Of a stretch of DNA of 64,000 bases, positions 58,756 to 64,000 are shown in pieces. Made by a program: the position numbers and the translations under genes. The notes beneath the pieces were generated by a model. That model made no database searches and was not told the origin of the DNA. It saw only the letters and a list, made by a program, of their open reading frames with translations. Position 1 is the stretch's first letter, and every line of letters begins with the position of its first letter. This stretch comes from Macrostomum lignano (Eukaryota): NCBI GenBank assembly GCA_002269645.1, contig NIVC01002764.1:1-64000 (forward strand), in the 5' to 3' direction.

Positions 58756-60003
58756 TGTTAGACTAGAACACTAGGCTATGCCCCCCCTAAACATTGACAT
58801 TTTATGCTGATCAGATTTATATTCATATGAGCTAATAAATATTCATAGACTATTTAACAAATAACTTAGATAAATTAGGCCTTGGTTCTATAAGTGACAA
58901 ATTTCAAAATCATTTGGTATCCTAGGCTCAAATTTATCATGCCAAATTTAAAAGTAGGATATTTTTTATCAAAAAAAATTTTGCTAAAAATTAAAGCTAT
59001 AACAAAATACTAATATTTCAAGTGAAACTTTCAGAAACATAGAAGTTATATGCTTATAGACAATGTTTATACATTATTTAAATTTATAGTTTATAGAATA
59101 TTTATATAATATATAATATATAGAATATTTCTTAATTATTAGGCATAATTAATATTAGATATTTCAATTTTTTTGAATGTACAACATTTCAATAGAGGTT
59201 GGACAATGTCACAATTTCAAGATTTTTGAGACTCAAGATTTATACTGTACTAGTGCTATGCCTTTATCATAGTATACTCGAATGTTCTTTCAATGTAATA
59301 ACTGTATATTCGAATCTTTCTTAGAAACTGAATCTACGCGAACGCCAAATAATAGTTTGTTTTAATGCGCGAAATAAATTGGAGAATTATTTTTTTGTTT
59401 TAATCGTATGTGGGGGAAATCACTATATATAGGAGTGGTTTCGCGACAAATATACTCCAACTGTCTTTTACTCGTGAGCAAATAATTGCGAACAGAATAA
59501 GCAGTTCAATCTAAACCATTTCAAAGTCTTTGAGCTAAATAGCGACTTATTTATTTGCAAAACCTGTGAAACGATTCTAAGAAATTTGCTAAGAGAAGGG
59601 AATTGGGACTAATTCTTGGAGATATACCAAGAGAGGCGCCGTGACCCTCTAGTCTCGGTGAACGCCCGATTAGGACTATACACTAATACATATACCAGTA
59701 CTAGACCGCTCAGGCCATAAGCTACTAGAACGCTACCAGAAAGCAAGCCATAAGCTACCAGAAACGCTACTAAGAACGCTACTAAGAACGCTACCCAGAA
59801 ATATTTAAATGAAATTCTAAGAAATAGTTAGGGAGTAAAAGCAAGTATAATCAGGATAACTGTAGTTGGCAAATCGGTGGGATTAAAATTGATAAAGTAA
59901 GAGGTGAAAGGCCTGTAACAACTTTGGTGGCAGCTCGTAGGATATTTAATAAACACTAATAGTTAGAAGTTTAGAAAGACAGAGCCAAAAGGCCTGTCAC
60001 AGC

Positions 60004-60022
60004 TGGTGGCAGCGGTAAGGAT
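60004..60022 (+). promoter_or_regulatory. Primer binding site complementary to the 3' end of tRNA-Leu(AAG/TAG-type)
   Basis: TGGTGGCAGCGGTAAGGAT, 2 nt after TGTCACA. A second, more degenerate copy lies at 59925-59943. Confidence 0.75.
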
Positions 60023-60102
60023 TAGAGAAACGGCGCGAACTCTTAAAACTAGATTCAGAAGAATTCCGAAGAATAATTTGAAAAGTTTTTCATAGAGAGA
60101 AG

Positions 60103-61107
60103 ATGAATCAGAATCAGGCTAATGATGCCATCGCCATGCTGGCAGAAGAATTGCGAAACCGACTAGAGATAGGGCCGATGAGACACGTTAAGATTCAGAA
60201 ATTCACACCTACGCAAGACATTCGGATCTGGCTAACAGCCTTCGATCAGCGCTGTGAAGTAGAAGGGATAGATGAGGAACATAGGAAGCAGGAATTGCTA
60301 GCTAATCTGGACCTGTCCACTGCATTCGCAGCGGTACAGCGCCTAAATCTGCCCGAGGATCTTGAATACGAAGAGTTCAAAGAGCGACTGATTGAGCGAT
60401 TCGGAAGAATCGGTAGTTCCGCAGAATTCAGAGAGGAGTTTCGTGGAAGAATGCAAGGCAGAAATGAGCCTGTAGAGACTTTCGCAGACTGTTTGATCGA
60501 GCTGGCATCGCGTGCATTTCCGAATATGACGGTTGAGCAAAGGGAAGAAGAAATTGTTGAGCAATTCATCAAGGGAATCAGAATTCCGTCAGAGACCCGT
60601 GAGAAGCTAATCTTTGCGCAGCCAGGCAATTTACAAGAGGCTAGAAGAATGCTAAGAAGGATGGAGGCTGCGTGGAACATGTCTCACAAGAATGTCAACA
60701 TGAGAATGGCCAAAGGCGAAGGCGAGAGTGAGCAGAAGGCAGATCAGGAAAAGCTTGAGGACATCATCAAGAAGCAGAGAGCAGAGTTAGAGCAACAGAA
60801 GAAGGCGATTGAGGAGCTGATGGAAGAGAAGAGAGCTAGCCGTCAGCAGTATCATCCGCAGAATCAATATCAAACGTACGCTCAGGTCGCTGGACCGCCG
60901 CAGCAGCCGAGATATCGGCCGCAGCAGCAGCAGCAGCAGCAGCCAGTATGGCGCGGTCAGCCTCAGTTCAACAGGCAGCCACAGCAACAGCAGCAGCCTC
61001 GAGCCTGCTACAATTGCGGGAAGCTTGGCCACATGGCGAGGAATTGCCAGAGCGCTAGGCCAAACGGTCAGCGAGTGATGGACTACCAGAAGCAGCAGGG
61101 AAACTGA
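60103..61107 (+). CDS. gag: Gag (334 aa) with CCHC zinc knuckle
   Basis: Retrotransposon gag-like helical region, Gln-rich stretch, CYNCGKLGHMARNC. Confidence 0.92.
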   Translation: MNQNQANDAIAMLAEELRNRLEIGPMRHVKIQKFTPTQDIRIWLTAFDQRCEVEGIDEEHRKQELLANLDLSTAFAAVQRLNLPEDLEYEEFKERLIERFGRIGSSAEFREEFRGRMQGRNEPVETFADCLIELASRAFPNMTVEQREEEIVEQFIKGIRIPSETREKLIFAQPGNLQEARRMLRRMEAAWNMSHKNVNMRMAKGEGESEQKADQEKLEDIIKKQRAELEQQKKAIEELMEEKRASRQQYHPQNQYQTYAQVAGPPQQPRYRPQQQQQQQPVWRGQPQFNRQPQQQQQPRACYNCGKLGHMARNCQSARPNGQRVMDYQKQQGN

Positions 61108-61141
61108 GTAGCGAGGGCCGCTTTGCGAGGCCACGTCCCTC
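61098..61141 (+). promoter_or_regulatory. gag-pol -1 ribosomal frameshift signal
   Basis: G GGA AAC (61098-61104) + TGA, then a GAGGG..CCCTC stem-loop (61113-61141). The -1 frame is open into pol. Confidence 0.85.
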
Positions 61142-63881
61142 TAGCAACAATTATCGCGAATTTCAGGCCTCTGAATTTGTAAATAATGCGTATCGAAGTA
61201 ATGCCAGACAGTATAGTAACAGCAGAACGCATGCCGAATTCAATAAATTTCACAGAAAACCAAATAAAAATTTTGCACCTCGTGTACATATGCCGCTTGC
61301 ACCTAGTCATGCGTCTGCTAGCCACAGTAGGCCGAATAATAAAGTACAAAGTACAGTAATTCCGAATGAGCATTCGAAGAGAGAATTCGAAGAAGATACG
61401 GAGAGAAAAGGACGAGAAGCAGTCGTCAATGGAATGCTAAGAAACCGAAAGGTCTACTTCTTGCTAGACACAGGAGCTGGACATAATTTCCTAAGCAAGA
61501 GTACTTGGAAAAAGATGTTCAGAAGTGATGAAATTGAGTTGACTACTCGAAGAGTGACTACGTTTGACGGATCAAGTGTGCGAATTGAAGGAGAAGTCAG
61601 AACGAAAATACGATTCGGAGAGATAGAGATTGAGACAGAGTTCCTGCTGTGCAATCACGAGTGTGACGACATACTCGGGATGGAGTTCTTCATGAACTTC
61701 TGCGACAGCATCAGCCTTTCCAGAGGAATGCTTGTATTAAAAGAAGGAACCTGCATCCCAATTCAGTTTACAAAATTACCCGTACGGGTTTGCCGAATCT
61801 ACAGCCATAACAGCGTGACTATACCAGCGAATAGCGCTCTTCGAATTCCAATTAGAATGACTAAAGGATCAGAAGCCAACTATGGAACGCCAATGGTCAT
61901 TGACACCATTGGAGGCCAAGTGACTACGAAGAGAAATTCCTTAGAGATGATTCCTACTCTAGTGACCATGAACGATGGAACAGGAGTAGTGGAAATAATC
62001 AATCGACAGAATGACGATATCAGACTGACAAGATCTACGCTGATTGGAGTGGCCAAACCCTTGAAGCCAGGAGGCCTGGCCTACTCTATTAACAGCAAAG
62101 GTCAAGCCAGTTCAGATGATACAATTAGGACAGTGAAGAGTGAAGAGAGTGAGTACAGCTGGATAAACGAGATCGATTTAGGAGAAGAGCTAACATCAGA
62201 ACAGAAAGGACTAGTGATCGATTTGCTAAAGAAGAACAAGGAAGCATTTTCGCAGACCAACCAAGACATGGGTCTCACCCATCTTGTGACTCATGAAATA
62301 TCTCTAAAAGATACCACACCGGTCAGGATTCCAACACGCAGAATTCCACCACATCTGCAAAAGCAAGTAGATGAGCAACTTGACGACATGCTTGCTAAGA
62401 ACCTGATCCGACCGTGCTATAGTACTTATTCGACGCCGCTAGTGATAGTTCCTAAGAAGGATGGATCCATAAGAATCGTCAGTGACTTCAGGGTCCTGAA
62501 TTCGAGAGTGAACTATTACCCATATCCATTACCGAACATACAAGAGACTTTCGCTCAGTTATCTGGAAGCAAGTACTTCAGTAGTCTAGATTTAAACTCT
62601 GGATACTGGCAGGTACCTATCAAAGAGGAGCACAAATTTATGACAGCCTTTTCCACCCTTACCAGAGGCCAGTTCGAATATCAGGTCATGGCACAGGGCT
62701 TGTCTAACGCTCCTGGTACATTCCAGAGACTCATGAATTTGGTGCTGATGGGAATACAGCACAAATTCGCAATGTCGTACATAGATGATATTGTGACATA
62801 CTCAGAGAAATTCGAAGATCATCTCGGTCATCTGCAAGAAGTATTTCAAAGACTAATCTCAGCAGGACTAAAATTAAGACCAAAAAAGTGCAACTTGTTT
62901 CAGAAAGAGCTAAAGTACTTAGGGCATATCGTAGGAAGAGAAGGGATTAGAACAGACCCAGCTAAGATCGAAGCGATACAGTCATGGCCTACGCCGAAAG
63001 AGGTCAAAGAACTGCGAAGCTTCTTGGGGTTGTGTAACTACTACTGCAGATTTGTAAAGAATTACGCAGAGGCAGCGCATCCGCTATTTCAATTAACTAA
63101 GAAAGGTATTCAAAACTTTAGGGAAAAGTGGACCAAGAAACATGACGAGGCTTTCCAGCAGTTGAAGCAGAGAATGACATCGACCGAAGTACTCGCGTAC
63201 CCAGAATTCTCAGAGAACGAGAATGTTCGAATGGTATTAGACACCGACGCAAGCGAAGACCGAATTGGTGCTTGCCTGGGTCAAATACAATCGGACGGGG
63301 TTGAAAGACCCATTGCTTACTTCAGCAGAGCAATGAAAGAGTCTGAGAAAAGATATCCGATTACCAGAAAAGAGCTATTAGCGCTAGTAGATGGCATGAA
63401 ACACTTCCGATTTTACCTAATTGGCAAAAGGTTTCTGGCCCGCACAGACCACAAGGCAATTCTATGGTTACTGCGCCAGACCGAAGCCCAAGGAATTCTC
63501 GGAAGATGGATTGAAAGACTGAGTGAGTTTCAATACGATATTGAGCACCGCAGTGGAGCCAAACATTCCAACGCAGATGGATTGTCACGGCGACCCTCGG
63601 AACCACCAGTTGAACAGAAAGATGCTAAGATCAAAGAGAATGAGGCCGAAATTCCTAAGATGACAATAGAAACCAGCGCTGTGAAACAAGTCGTGACTAA
63701 CAGCGTGAAAGATCAGAGTTGCCAGACCGACTTCACAGAAGAGTATGAATCAGATTCCGAAGACGAATTCGCAGATGATGAATACGAAGATGCCAGTGAT
63801 CAGTTCGAAGATATGATGACATCTATGAAGATGCAAGAGACTATTTCGAAGAGGAAGAGACAGTGTGCAGAAAGCTTCTGA
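61101..63881 (+). CDS. pol: Pol: aspartic protease, RT, RNase H; a frameshift near 63810 precedes the integrase-proximal region
   Basis: FLLDTGA, PLVIVPKKDG, LDLNSGYWQ, YIDD, LDTDAS, TRKELLAL, TDH, HSNADGLSR. A second frame continues ..AQHADPSIRTLMDWKQ to the window end. Confidence 0.93.
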   Translation, partial: KLSSEGRFARPRPSSNNYREFQASEFVNNAYRSNARQYSNSRTHAEFNKFHRKPNKNFAPRVHMPLAPSHASASHSRPNNKVQSTVIPNEHSKREFEEDTERKGREAVVNGMLRNRKVYFLLDTGAGHNFLSKSTWKKMFRSDEIELTTRRVTTFDGSSVRIEGEVRTKIRFGEIEIETEFLLCNHECDDILGMEFFMNFCDSISLSRGMLVLKEGTCIPIQFTKLPVRVCRIYSHNSVTIPANSALRIPIRMTKGSEANYGTPMVIDTIGGQVTTKRNSLEMIPTLVTMNDGTGVVEIINRQNDDIRLTRSTLIGVAKPLKPGGLAYSINSKGQASSDDTIRTVKSEESEYSWINEIDLGEELTSEQKGLVIDLLKKNKEAFSQTNQDMGLTHLVTHEISLKDTTPVRIPTRRIPPHLQKQVDEQLDDMLAKNLIRPCYSTYSTPLVIVPKKDGSIRIVSDFRVLNSRVNYYPYPLPNIQETFAQLSGSKYFSSLDLNSGYWQVPIKEEHKFMTAFSTLTRGQFEYQVMAQGLSNAPGTFQRLMNLVLMGIQHKFAMSYIDDIVTYSEKFEDHLGHLQEVFQRLISAGLKLRPKKCNLFQKELKYLGHIVGREGIRTDPAKIEAIQSWPTPKEVKELRSFLGLCNYYCRFVKNYAEAAHPLFQLTKKGIQNFREKWTKKHDEAFQQLKQRMTSTEVLAYPEFSENENVRMVLDTDASEDRIGACLGQIQSDGVERPIAYFSRAMKESEKRYPITRKELLALVDGMKHFRFYLIGKRFLARTDHKAILWLLRQTEAQGILGRWIERLSEFQYDIEHRSGAKHSNADGLSRRPSEPPVEQKDAKIKENEAEIPKMTIETSAVKQVVTNSVKDQSCQTDFTEEYESDSEDEFADDEYEDASDQFEDMMTSMKMQETISKRKRQCAESF

Positions 63882-64000
63882 CAGATTACCTCTCGGTTCC
63901 ATTGAAGAAAGAGCAGCTGACTTCAGCGCAGCATGCTGATCCTTCTATAAGAACCTTGATGGACTGGAAGCAGAAGAAAGTGCGTGAGCCGAAGTTGCCA

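Larger units (their letters stand above)
59565..64000 (+). mobile_element. Ty3/gypsy LTR retrotransposon, 5' part (runs off the window)
   Basis: Putative 5' LTR starting TGTGA at 59565 (start uncertain) and ending ..TGTAACA at 59920 or ..TGTCACA at 60001. tRNA-Leu-type PBS, gag, and PR-RT-RNH domain order. Confidence 0.92.

Overview
Eukaryotic (metazoan) genomic DNA with spliced genes, GC-rich exons, AT-rich intergenic DNA and many intronic minisatellites. This style suggests a free-living flatworm such as Macrostomum (inference only). Host genes reconstructed by hand from GT-AG junctions with consistent phases: a divergent rhodopsin-family GPCR (-), a temptin-domain + copper type II monooxygenase with a C-terminal membrane anchor (-, 6 exons), an SLC5 sodium:solute symporter (-, 12 exons), SCAMP (-, 5 exons), an espin/forked-like ankyrin/WH2 protein (+), a small secreted 10-Cys orphan (+) and COX7C (-). 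Mobile DNA: an RTE LINE relic carrying a hAT-type MITE, two tRNA-derived SINE families (one with a MIR-like CORE), the 5' part of a Ty3/gypsy LTR element, and a 13-kb nested structure at 15324-28325. That structure is the main finding. It is a Neptune-like Penelope element with (GA)n-containing terminal direct repeats, a candidate minimal hammerhead ribozyme, and an ORF1 (Ala/Ser repeats plus a catalytically dead SGNH-like domain). ORF1 joins the RT/GIY-YIG ORF only through an A_AAA_AAC-stop-hairpin -1 frameshift signal; a one-base assembly error is the alternative explanation. ORF1 is split by a full-length APE-RT-RNase H LINE with a 14-bp TSD. CpG-to-TpG/CpA decay in some SINE copies and sharp CpG-depleted domains point to mosaic DNA methylation. 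All calls come from reading the sequence by eye; no database search was run.
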